From an uncultured archaeon (GTDB lineage: Archaea > Iainarchaeota > Iainarchaeia > Iainarchaeales > 1-14-0-10-31-34): a stretch of DNA of 64,000 nt. Both the position numbers and the translations under genes were made by a program. Numbering within the stretch: position 1 is the first letter of the stretch; every line of letters starts with the position of its first letter. The DNA lies in NCBI GenBank assembly GCA_964608675.1, contig CAZSOZ010000001.1, positions 96,001 through 160,000 on the forward strand. The letters run 5' to 3'. Under the pieces are notes generated by a model. It ran no database searches and was not told the DNA's origin. It worked only from the letters and a program-made list of their open reading frames with translations. Of this stretch, positions 48,449-56,758 are shown piece after piece.

Positions 48449-48799
48449 ATGGAATTCAAACAAGCAATAGTAATCAGAACTGATTTAAAAATGGGAAAAG
48501 GCAAAACCGCAGTTCAATCAAGCCATGCTTCAATTGAAGCAATGGAAAAAACAAAAATAAAGCGCCCTGACTGGGTTAAAGAATGGAAACAAACAGGAAT
48601 GCAAAAAATTGTATTAAAAGTTAATTCAGAAAAAGAATTACTTGAATTATTTGAATTAACCAAAAAAGAAATTCCATCAGCTTTAATCAGGGATGCAGGA
48701 AGAACACAAATTCCTTCAGGAACCAAAACCTGTATCGGGGTAGGCCCTGCACCAGAAGAACTAATAAACAAATATACAAAAAAACTGAAACTACTTTAA
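48449..48799 (+). CDS. pth2: Peptidyl-tRNA hydrolase Pth2
   Basis: KQAIVIRTDLKMGKGK.A.Q..HA, KIVLKV, DAGRTQI..GT.T. Confidence 0.95.
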   Translation: MEFKQAIVIRTDLKMGKGKTAVQSSHASIEAMEKTKIKRPDWVKEWKQTGMQKIVLKVNSEKELLELFELTKKEIPSALIRDAGRTQIPSGTKTCIGVGPAPEELINKYTKKLKLL

Positions 48800-48804
48800 A
48801 TTAT

Positions 48805-49686
48805 TCATTTTTTAGTTTTAAAAAAATTAATAATAGTCCTTAATCTGGATAAAAAACTCTTTTGAATTGGAAGTTTTTTTTTCTGCAAAAAACTTATTAT
48901 TTCTTCATTAGAGATTTTTGCTTCAATAAAATTAGCTGCAATAAGAGAATAAACAAACGATTTTCTTCTTTTTCCATACAATTCATTTAATTTATTAAAC
49001 AATTCAACAGAAAAAACACATTCAGCTTTCAAACTACTTTCATCAACTTTTTTTTCAGAAAAATAAAAATCCGCTAAAACTTTATTTGATTCCATAAAAA
49101 AATCTTGTTTTTTTTCCGTTTTTTTATTTCTTTTGTTTTTTTTATTTTTTGTTTTGCCTGCTTTTTGAATTCCATTTAATTTCCCTGATTTTTTTTTGCT
49201 TTTTTGCGCTCTCAGTTTTGTATTTAATTGCAGGATTTGAAGTTTTGCCTGCTCTTCTGCTTTGCGGGATTTGAGTTTTTTTGATTTAAGTTTCATTCGC
49301 TTTTTTTTTGGGCCGTAAATTTGATTCAAAGCATTTTCCACGGTTTCAGGACGAGAAAATTTATCTGATTGAACTCTATGAGAAAAATGAAAAGTTGGTT
49401 TTTTTTTAAAATCTAAATCAGCAGACTGTGTAGCCTGCTGGATTTTTTTATTACTGCCTTTTTTTGAAAAATTTTTTCCTTCAATTGAATTCCGCAAAAG
49501 CATTTCTTTTACCAGTTCGCGGGAAAAATTTGTCTGACTGCATATTTCATCTACAGACAATCCTTTTCTTTTTAAATTTACTACTTTTCTTTTTATGCTT
49601 TTTAAAATCTTTGAAGGCACAGCTCCTGCAGTCAAAGAAGAAGGAAATTTTTTCGGTCTTCCTGCTCTTTTTTTCTTTGCCGGCAT
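48805..49686 (-). CDS. Highly basic hypothetical protein with HTH-like segment
   Basis: KKKRAGRPKK; KGLSVDEICSQTNFSRELV. Confidence 0.55.
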   Translation of the reverse strand: MPAKKKRAGRPKKFPSSLTAGAVPSKILKSIKRKVVNLKRKGLSVDEICSQTNFSRELVKEMLLRNSIEGKNFSKKGSNKKIQQATQSADLDFKKKPTFHFSHRVQSDKFSRPETVENALNQIYGPKKKRMKLKSKKLKSRKAEEQAKLQILQLNTKLRAQKSKKKSGKLNGIQKAGKTKNKKNKRNKKTEKKQDFFMESNKVLADFYFSEKKVDESSLKAECVFSVELFNKLNELYGKRRKSFVYSLIAANFIEAKISNEEIISFLQKKKLPIQKSFLSRLRTIINFFKTKK

Positions 49687-49759
49687 AAAAAAAAATCAAC
49701 TCTTTGCTTTTAAATAAGTAAATAGAATTATTTAAAGATTGCGTCACTTTTTTATTTGA

Positions 49760-50515
49760 ATGAAAATGAAAAAAGGTTTTTTTGACAGAGTTTATTCAAT
49801 AATAGAAAATTCAGATGTATTAATTGAAGTAGTTGACAGCAGGTTTCCAGAAAAAACAAGAAACAAAAAAATTGAAAACTTTATTAAAAGAAAAGGAAAA
49901 GAACTGATTTTAATTTTAAATAAATCAGACTTGATTTCAAAAAGAAATGCAGATAAAACAAAAAAAGAAATACAAAAAGAGTTTCCCTGCGTGTTTGTTT
50001 CCTCAACTGAAAAAAAAGGAACTTCAAGACTAAGAGAACTAATTTCAATTAAAATCAAAGGAAAAGGAAACACAATAGGATTAATTGGCTATCCAAACAC
50101 AGGGAAAAGTTCAATAATAAATGTTTTAAGCGGAAAAAAAATAAAGACTTCAATTACTGCAGGATTCACAAGAGGACAACAAATAATTAATGCAGGAAAA
50201 TTCAAGTTAATTGATTCTCCTGGAGTAATTCCATACGAAGAAAGAAACGAAAACGAACTAGTTTTAATTGGAGCAAAAAACCCGTCAAAATTAAAGTACC
50301 CGGAAGACGCAGCACTAAAATTAATTGAAATGCTTAAAGAAAAAAACCCAAAAGAACTGGAAAAACTTGGAGCACAAGAAAAAAAGGATTCAGAAAAAAT
50401 ACTTGAAGAAATTGCATTAAAAAGAAAAAGATTAATGAAAAAAGGCCTGCCTGACATTAATTCAGTTTCAAGGCAATTACTGCTAGAATTCCAAAAAGGA
50501 AAAATCAAAATATGA
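49760..50515 (+). CDS. Circularly permuted GTPase, YlqF/RbgA family
   Basis: EVVDSRFP, NKSD before GYPNTGKSS and DSPG. Confidence 0.92.
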   Translation: MKMKKGFFDRVYSIIENSDVLIEVVDSRFPEKTRNKKIENFIKRKGKELILILNKSDLISKRNADKTKKEIQKEFPCVFVSSTEKKGTSRLRELISIKIKGKGNTIGLIGYPNTGKSSIINVLSGKKIKTSITAGFTRGQQIINAGKFKLIDSPGVIPYEERNENELVLIGAKNPSKLKYPEDAALKLIEMLKEKNPKELEKLGAQEKKDSEKILEEIALKRKRLMKKGLPDINSVSRQLLLEFQKGKIKI

Positions 50516-50581
50516 AAATTGAAATCTTTTTAAATAAGTTTGAACTTAATTTAAACAACAACCTTTGGAGGGAAAAAATAA

Positions 50582-51289
50582 ATGAACAAAAAAATGCTTT
50601 TTGGCTTAATTATTTTGGTTTTGGCTTTATCTCTTGCAGGATGCAGTGAACCTGTTCCTGACAACAACACAAATAAAAACCAGAACCAAAACCAAGATCA
50701 GGCTTCAAATGAATCAATTCAAGCAATCCTTGCAAAAGCTTCCGGTGTAAAAAACATTGAATACGAAATTGAAATGATTTTAAATGGAACTCCTTTGCCT
50801 GCACAACTAAAAATCTATGAAAAAGGAGAAAAATACAGAATGGAAACAAGTTTTATGGAACAAAGCCAGACAGGAATTTACGACGGACAACACGCATACA
50901 CTTATGATTCAGCAACAGACACATATTATTTAATGGAAGACGACGAACAAACAGGAAGCAAACCCATTGATTTTTCTGATATGTCAATCCAGGCATCAAA
51001 TGATGCTTCAATGAAAGAACTCGGAAAAGAAGAAGTCAGCGGACTAAAAACAAGAATAATAGAATTCAGTTATACTGCGCCAGAAGAAGAACCAACAAAA
51101 ACAAAAGCATGGATTTCAGAAAAATACGGAATACCAGTAAAATTTGAAGCAACAACAGGAACAGGCGAAAACGAAATGAAATCAGTAATGATTTTAAAAA
51201 ACATTAAAATTGGAACAGTAAAAGATTCTTTATTTGAAGTTCCGCAAGACAAAGTAAAATCATACGATGAAATGTGGAACACAGAATAA
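50582..51289 (+). CDS. Lipoprotein, LolA/DUF4412-like fold
   Basis: Lipobox LAGC; K.RME, LGKE.V.G, WI....GIPVK, DSLFEVP. Confidence 0.7.
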   Translation: MNKKMLFGLIILVLALSLAGCSEPVPDNNTNKNQNQNQDQASNESIQAILAKASGVKNIEYEIEMILNGTPLPAQLKIYEKGEKYRMETSFMEQSQTGIYDGQHAYTYDSATDTYYLMEDDEQTGSKPIDFSDMSIQASNDASMKELGKEEVSGLKTRIIEFSYTAPEEEPTKTKAWISEKYGIPVKFEATTGTGENEMKSVMILKNIKIGTVKDSLFEVPQDKVKSYDEMWNTE

Positions 51290-51315
51290 AATCTTCTCTT
51301 TTTTTTCTTTTTTTT

Positions 51316-51876
51316 TTACATTGTAAGTTTTTCTGTTTTTCTTTTATCTTTAATTAACTTAAAAATTAATTCCTGTGTTTCTTCAGGAAAAGGAACTCCA
51401 GGCATTGAACCCTCAGAACCCATTCTGTTTCCATAAGTGATTTGGCCTGCAAAACTCTGAATAAACAGTCCGCCGATTCCAAAAATACTTTCCCAAAAAG
51501 TTCTGGTAATAATTACATCAGAGATTCTTTCAAAAGGAATTGAATTAATTTTATAGCCAATTAAACCTGTTTTAATTATTACTCTGCTGTTTGTAAACCA
51601 GTAATCCTGTTTGCTGTACTTCAATAAAGCAAAAACAACAGAAATTCCCAAAATAATTAAAGCAATAAAAAAAACAATCAAAAAAACTTCAGGAAACCCC
51701 CCGCCAGATAAAACAGCAAAAGAAAAAGGAACCAAAAAAAACAAGGCAACAAACAAAAAGCCGGTTAAACCTGAAGCAATCCACATGTTTCTTAATCCAA
51801 GCAAAGGTTTCATATATTTAATTATTCTTTCTTTTTCGCCTAAACGAAAAAAACTCTTATAGTTTCCTTCATCCAT
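51316..51876 (-). CDS. Membrane protein with bacterial PH (bPH_2) domain
   Basis: Two TM; Y.FTNSRVIIKTGL, IPFERISDV, IFGIG.L.I. Confidence 0.82.
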   Translation of the reverse strand: MDEGNYKSFFRLGEKERIIKYMKPLLGLRNMWIASGLTGFLFVALFFLVPFSFAVLSGGGFPEVFLIVFFIALIILGISVVFALLKYSKQDYWFTNSRVIIKTGLIGYKINSIPFERISDVIITRTFWESIFGIGGLFIQSFAGQITYGNRMGSEGSMPGVPFPEETQELIFKLIKDKRKTEKLTM

Positions 51877-51971
51877 AGAATAATATTGTTTTTTAAGATT
51901 ATTAAATTTTTGTTTTTTTTTGTTTTTTTTAGTTCAAAATATTTATTAATGTAAAGAACGTTTTATTATTC

Positions 51972-52469
51972 ATGGCAAAAACAAAGTTGAAAGGAACCGA
52001 AACAAGCATAATTGAAATAATAGAAAAAATGGTAAGAGAAGGAAGACCCCAAAAAGAAATACTTAAAGAACTGAAAAGCCTTGGAATAAAAGAAGAACAA
52101 GCCAAAAAACTGCTTCTTTTAGGAGAAGCAGACACTTTTGCTTTGCTTAAAAAAGAAATACAAAAAATAGTAAAAGAAGACATGAAAAAAGAAGAAGAAT
52201 TATTTAGAAAACTAATTGTAGAAATAGTCAAAGAAGAAGAACAAAAAGTTGAAGACCACTTAACCCAAAAAATAGATGAATTAAAACAAGCGCTGAACGA
52301 AAAAGTAAAAGAATCAGAAAAAGAAGGAAAAAAACAGGAAAAAATGAAAGAATTAATGAAATTATTAAGTCATCCTCAAACTACTCACGGCATAAAATTT
52401 GATTTTGAATCAGAAAAATTAAAAAAAGAAAAAAAGAAAGAAAAAGGAATAAAAGAAGTAAAATTGTGA
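51972..52469 (+). CDS. Hypothetical coiled-coil protein, soluble paralog
   Basis: N-terminal domain shared with 52476..53165. Confidence 0.7.
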   Translation: MAKTKLKGTETSIIEIIEKMVREGRPQKEILKELKSLGIKEEQAKKLLLLGEADTFALLKKEIQKIVKEDMKKEEELFRKLIVEIVKEEEQKVEDHLTQKIDELKQALNEKVKESEKEGKKQEKMKELMKLLSHPQTTHGIKFDFESEKLKKEKKKEKGIKEVKL

Positions 52470-52475
52470 TAAAAA

Positions 52476-53165
52476 ATGAAAGCAAAAGAAGCAAGCATAA
52501 TTGAAACAATTTCAAAAATGGTAAGAGAAGGAAAAAACGAAAAAAAAATCATTCAAGAACTAAAAGTATTAGGCATAAACGAAGAACAATCAAAAAAATT
52601 ACTGCTTTTAGCAGAAGCAGACACCTTTGATTTGCTTAAATCAGAAATAAAAAAAATTGTAAGACAAGATTTAGCAGCAGAAGAACCATGGATAAAAAAA
52701 TTCATAAAAACAGAAGTAGAATTAGAAGAAAAAAGAGTTTCACAGGATTTAATGAGAGAAATGAGTTCAGATTTAGATTCATACAAACAAAGAACAAACA
52801 AATCAATGGAAGACTTCAAAGACATGATTTTAAGCAAAATGAATGTATTTCAAACAAAAATTAATTCAAACATAATGGCATTAACAGGGGTAATAAGCAA
52901 ACTAAAAGATTCAACAGTAAAAATAGACGAAAAAGTGGACATGGCTCAACTTGATTTAACTGAATTAAGATTAAAAGGAACAGCAAAAAAATTACAGTTA
53001 TTAAGATTTACATTAATTGGCGCAGGAATAATCTTTGGTTTCCTTGCATTCTACTATGCTTTTATGAACACTCAATTCGGAATAGCAGACACAAACACAA
53101 TAGGAATCTTTTTTGGAATGATAATAACAGCATTAGCTTTGCTTTTTATGGCATCCAAAACCTAA
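52476..53165 (+). CDS. Hypothetical coiled-coil protein with two C-terminal TM helices
   Basis: N-terminal domain shared with 51972..52469. Confidence 0.7.
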   Translation: MKAKEASIIETISKMVREGKNEKKIIQELKVLGINEEQSKKLLLLAEADTFDLLKSEIKKIVRQDLAAEEPWIKKFIKTEVELEEKRVSQDLMREMSSDLDSYKQRTNKSMEDFKDMILSKMNVFQTKINSNIMALTGVISKLKDSTVKIDEKVDMAQLDLTELRLKGTAKKLQLLRFTLIGAGIIFGFLAFYYAFMNTQFGIADTNTIGIFFGMIITALALLFMASKT

Positions 53166-53181
53166 AAACAAAAAAAAAGAT

Positions 53182-53325
53182 TTACTCAAAAACTTGGTTT
53201 TTTATTTTATGGTATTCTTCAAGATTATTTTTAGCGTTCTCTAACAAAATTTTGTTTCTAATTCCTTTTTCTTTGCTTGCAAGAAAATCAATCTGAATTA
53301 AAATTTCTTCCATTACAACTCTCAT
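53182..53325 (-). CDS. Small hypothetical protein
   Basis: Short ORF filling the gap after hjc; start codon uncertain. Confidence 0.35.
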   Translation of the reverse strand: MRVVMEEILIQIDFLASKEKGIRNKILLENAKNNLEEYHKIKNQVFE

Positions 53326-53384
53326 CAAAAACCACTCTTTATTCAGTAAAGTTAAGTAAAAAAAAGGTTTTAAATGCATCTATT

Positions 53385-53792
53385 TTATTCTTTTAAAACA
53401 GCCTGCTTTCCTAAAATAACACTTAAATTCTGGCTTTTCTTAAAAGCATTTTTTAAGCTTATAGCATAAGATTTGCCTTTCTTTTCAAAATGCTCCGGCC
53501 TCAAAAAAAGCCATCCTTTTTTAGGGATTTTCCAGGCAACAAACACATCTGTTCCAGAAATTTCCCCCCATTTAATTAATTCACTCATTTGAAGCAAAGA
53601 AATATTCAAGTAATTGGCTTTCCATGCCTTGCATTCAAATGAAATCCTTTTCTCAGGGCTTAAAGCAACAATATCAGGAGAAGGCAGAATAGTTGCACCA
53701 GAACCAGCAATACGAACACAGCCAAAACCACTTTCATACACTAATTTAAGCAATTCTCTTTCGGCATTAGCCCCCTTATTATACCTAGCCAT
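53385..53792 (-). CDS. hjc: Holliday junction resolvase Hjc
   Basis: KGANAEREL, GF..VRIAGSG, PDIVA, FECK. Confidence 0.93.
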   Translation of the reverse strand: MARYNKGANAERELLKLVYESGFGCVRIAGSGATILPSPDIVALSPEKRISFECKAWKANYLNISLLQMSELIKWGEISGTDVFVAWKIPKKGWLFLRPEHFEKKGKSYAISLKNAFKKSQNLSVILGKQAVLKE

Positions 53793-53904
53793 GACTGAAA
53801 ACCTCTTTTACATAATATTTATATGCATTTGTTTTATTAAATATTTAACAGAATTAGAGTTTTTAAATAAATTAAATTTATCACAAAAAAAAATTATGTT
53901 TTGA

Positions 53905-54177
53905 ATGAAAGAAACAATCAAAGTCCATATAAAACCTGACTCAAAAAAATTTGAGGTCTTAGGATTTAATAAATGGACTGACTGTCTTGAAATAAAAATA
54001 AAAGAAAAGGCAGAAAAAAACAAAGCCAACCAAGAGTTGGAAAAAAATTTGCAAAAAATATTCAAAACAAAAATAAAAATAATTAAAGGAAAAAAATCCA
54101 AAAATAAAAAAATTTTAATTGAAAACAAAACAAAAAAAGAAATCAAAAAAATAATTTACAAAAAAAAAAAACTCTGA
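53905..54177 (+). CDS. UPF0235/DUF167 protein
   Basis: VHIKP.S, KANQEL, IIKG.KS..K. Confidence 0.82.
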   Translation: MKETIKVHIKPDSKKFEVLGFNKWTDCLEIKIKEKAEKNKANQELEKNLQKIFKTKIKIIKGKKSKNKKILIENKTKKEIKKIIYKKKKL

Positions 54178-54259
54178 TTCTGGCTTTTCTTAAAAAAAAA
54201 AAGAAAAAGCACAATTGCCAAAAAAAAAGGCATCAAAAAAAAAACAGAAGGTGTACTTA

Positions 54260-55567
54260 ATGGGAAAAACATACATAAACGTAGTTAAATACAACATTAA
54301 AGCAATCTTTGAAATACAAGGATTAGTAGACAAACACGACATAATAGGAGCAATCTTTGGACAAAGCGAAGGATTAATCGGAGAAGACCTTGACTTAAGA
54401 GAACTCCAAAAAAACGGAAAAATAGGAAGAATAGACATTTTTCCAGAACCAAAAGAAGGAAAAACAATCGGAACCGTTTTAGTTCCCTCTTCTTTGGACA
54501 TGGTTCAAACTTCAATTCTGGCAGCAGCAATTGAATCAATAGAAAAAGTAGGTCCATATGAATCAAAATTCAATGTAAAACAAATAGAAGACACAAGAAC
54601 AAACAAAAGAAACGAAATAAAAAACAGAGCAAAAGAATTACTGGGAAAATTCCTAAAAGACAGCACTGCTTCAAACGAAATAGCCGACGAAATAAGAGAA
54701 GCAACAAGAATTTCAGGAATAAAAAACTGGGGTCCAGAAGCACTTCCAGCAGGACCAGAAATAGAAAAAGAAGAAGAAATTATAATAGTAGAAGGAAGAG
54801 CAGACGTACTAAATTTGCTGAGAAACAACATAAAAAACGTAATTGGAATGAATGGTTCAAAAATACCTCACTCAATTATAGGATTATGCAACAGAAAAAA
54901 TACTACTTTGTTCACTGACGGAGACAGAGGAGGAGAATTAATTCAAAGACAATTAATGCAGACTGCAAAAATAGATTACGTTGCAAGAGCTCCGGACGGA
55001 AAAGAAGTAGAAGAACTTTCAAAAAAAGAAATAACAATGGCTTTAAGAAAAAAAATTTCTGCAGGAGACATTCAAAAAAAATACAGTCAAACATCTTTCA
55101 GGCCGAGAACAGAATTCACTCCAAGAGAAAGATTCCAAAGAATTTCACAAAGAAGCCCGCGACCAAACCAAAGAACTTATTCAAAACCATACAGACAAAC
55201 AGGAACTTATTCAAGACAAAGACCATTCCAGCAAAGAGAAAGCTACTTTAAAGAAAATCCTTCTCCAATTCTAACAGTTCCCCCAACACAAGAAGAAAAA
55301 ACAAGATTTGAAAAACACATGAAAACAGTAAAAGGAAAAATGGAAGCAGTAATTCTTGACTCACAAGGAAAAGAAATAAAAAAAACCAAAATAAGAGAAT
55401 TAATTCCAGCACTAAAAAAACAAAAAGAAATTGAATCAATAGTATTAGACGGAATAATCACAAAAAGGCTTTTAGACGAAGCAAAAAAACATTCAGCGAA
55501 ATACATAATAGGAATAAAAAAAGGAAAAATAGAAGAAACCCCAGAAATTAAAACACTGGTAATGTAA
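54260..55567 (+). CDS. dnaG: Archaeal DnaG (TOPRIM; exosome-associated)
   Basis: DIIGAIFGQSEGL, LRELQK.GKIGRI, VEGRADV, DGDRGG, DGIIT. Confidence 0.95.
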   Translation: MGKTYINVVKYNIKAIFEIQGLVDKHDIIGAIFGQSEGLIGEDLDLRELQKNGKIGRIDIFPEPKEGKTIGTVLVPSSLDMVQTSILAAAIESIEKVGPYESKFNVKQIEDTRTNKRNEIKNRAKELLGKFLKDSTASNEIADEIREATRISGIKNWGPEALPAGPEIEKEEEIIIVEGRADVLNLLRNNIKNVIGMNGSKIPHSIIGLCNRKNTTLFTDGDRGGELIQRQLMQTAKIDYVARAPDGKEVEELSKKEITMALRKKISAGDIQKKYSQTSFRPRTEFTPRERFQRISQRSPRPNQRTYSKPYRQTGTYSRQRPFQQRESYFKENPSPILTVPPTQEEKTRFEKHMKTVKGKMEAVILDSQGKEIKKTKIRELIPALKKQKEIESIVLDGIITKRLLDEAKKHSAKYIIGIKKGKIEETPEIKTLVM

Positions 55568-55662
55568 CTGCACAGTTCCGGCTGTGCAGTACGAGCAAGA
55601 CATAAAGCCGTACTAGCGCCACTTTATATGGCGCACGCATGCCAGCTGGGCGTGACAGCTGG
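55567..55662. ncRNA. Candidate structured RNA (four GC-rich hairpins) between dnaG and tRNA-Val
   Basis: ACTGCACAG/CTGTGCAGT, AGTACG/CGTACT, GCGCCA/TGGCGC and CCAGCTG/CAGCTGG inverted repeats in about 95 nt. Confidence 0.45.
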
Positions 55663-55732
55663 GCCTGTGGTCTATTGGTATGACGCCACGCTTACAACGT
55701 GGAGACAGGCGGTCCGATTCCGCCCAGGCCCA
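55661..55732 (+). tRNA. tRNA-Val(TAC)
   Basis: GGGCCTG/CAGGCCC acceptor stem, CCACG-CT-TAC-AA-CGTGG; T-loop TCCGATT is atypical. Confidence 0.92.
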
Positions 55733-55801
55733 AAGCTTTTGCGAAACAATTAAATACAACTGATTCTTTTTTATTAACAGAAACATCAGGAGGTAATTAT
55801 T

Positions 55802-56065
55802 TTGGAAAACAAAAACAGAGCAATGCTTTTCTTTGGAGTAATGTTTTTTGTATTAATTTTAGTGACTTTTTATGGAGTAAACCAAGCAAACGGAGCAGCA
55901 ACAAAAGCACTTGAATTACAGCAAAAACAAATGAATACATCAAAACAATGTTCAAACAACTGTGATGCATTAGCAGAAGCAGGACAATTAAACTGTGAAT
56001 GGATTGAATGCCACGAAAGATGCCAAGTTGGAAAACCAGAACCATACTGCAAAGAATTAATATAG
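55802..56065 (+). CDS. Small membrane-anchored Cys-rich protein
   Basis: GGAGGT RBS, TTG start, one TM, six Cys. Confidence 0.65.
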   Translation: MENKNRAMLFFGVMFFVLILVTFYGVNQANGAATKALELQQKQMNTSKQCSNNCDALAEAGQLNCEWIECHERCQVGKPEPYCKELI

Positions 56066-56074
56066 GAACAAATT

Positions 56075-56242
56075 ATGAAATGCCTTAAATGCGGAACCCC
56101 TATGCTTCACCAGAGGGACGAAAAAAAAGGAAAAGAATTAATTGAAGTATGGCAGTGTCCCTCCTGTTCAAAAATTTCCCTTGAACCAAGCCAAAGCAAA
56201 TGGGTTAAATTCAATGAAGAAACAAACGTTTTTGAAGAATAA
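56075..56242 (+). CDS. Small zinc-ribbon protein (55 aa)
   Basis: Not in the ORF track. MKCLKCGTPM...VWQCPSCSKI. Confidence 0.75.
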   Translation: MKCLKCGTPMLHQRDEKKGKELIEVWQCPSCSKISLEPSQSKWVKFNEETNVFEE

Positions 56243-56277
56243 TTAAAAAGTGTTTCCCTCTACTTTTTTTTAGTTAA

Positions 56278-56433
56278 GCGACCGTGGTTTAGTGGTAGAA
56301 TAGGAGCTTGCCAAAAACCTTTTTTAGAAAAAAAGCTTTACCAAAAAAGGTTTTCACTTCGTGAAAACTTATTTTTTAATTAGTAAAGGTTTGTTATTAG
56401 CTTCGGACTCGGGTTCAATTCCCGGCGGTCGCA
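56278..56433 (+). tRNA. tRNA-Gly(GCC) with an 85-nt intron at 37/38 (56314-56398)
   Basis: Exons join to give GGAGC-TT-GCC-AA-GCTTC; GCGACCG/CGGTCGC acceptor stem; intron closed by AAACCTTT/AAAGGTTT next to a relaxed bulge-helix-bulge. Confidence 0.92.
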
Positions 56434-56653
56434 TTACGCGGTTTCAGCCGCGTGAAACAATGCAGGGCTTTCAGCACAGCTTATCGCGCTTCCATGTAAC
56501 GAAAAACAATCAATCCCCTGCTCTGCAACAAGCTATAAGTTTGTAAAAAGATTTAATAATTTTTTACTGCAAGAATATTTTAGTTAAACTGTTTATGGCA
56601 GCAGGATTGAACAAAGTGAAGTCGTGCACGTGTGTAAACTGCACGAATAGTTT

Positions 56654-56724
56654 GCGTCCATAGTCTAGTGGTATGACGCGAGCCTTCCAAGCTCGATGTC
56701 CGGGTTCGATTCCCGGTGGGCGCA
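56654..56724 (+). tRNA. tRNA-Gly(TCC)
   Basis: GCGTCCA/TGGGCGC acceptor stem, CGAGC-CT-TCC-AA-GCTCG, TTCGATT T-loop. Confidence 0.95.
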
Positions 56725-56758
56725 CTTTTTATTTTCTTTTTAATCTAATTTTAATGAA

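Noticed and set aside
55567-56653. RNase P RNA, SRP RNA, 5S rRNA, hammerhead/HDV ribozyme or canonical C/D sRNA
   Set aside because: Conserved cores (GAGGAAAGUCC, SRP helix 8, CUGANGA/GAAA, RUGAUGA) were not found on either strand.
56595-56663. 22-aa ORF MAAGLNKVKSCTCVNCTNSLRP
   Set aside because: Overlaps the tRNA-Gly 5' end, has no RBS, and its Cys codons arise from the TGCAC palindrome.
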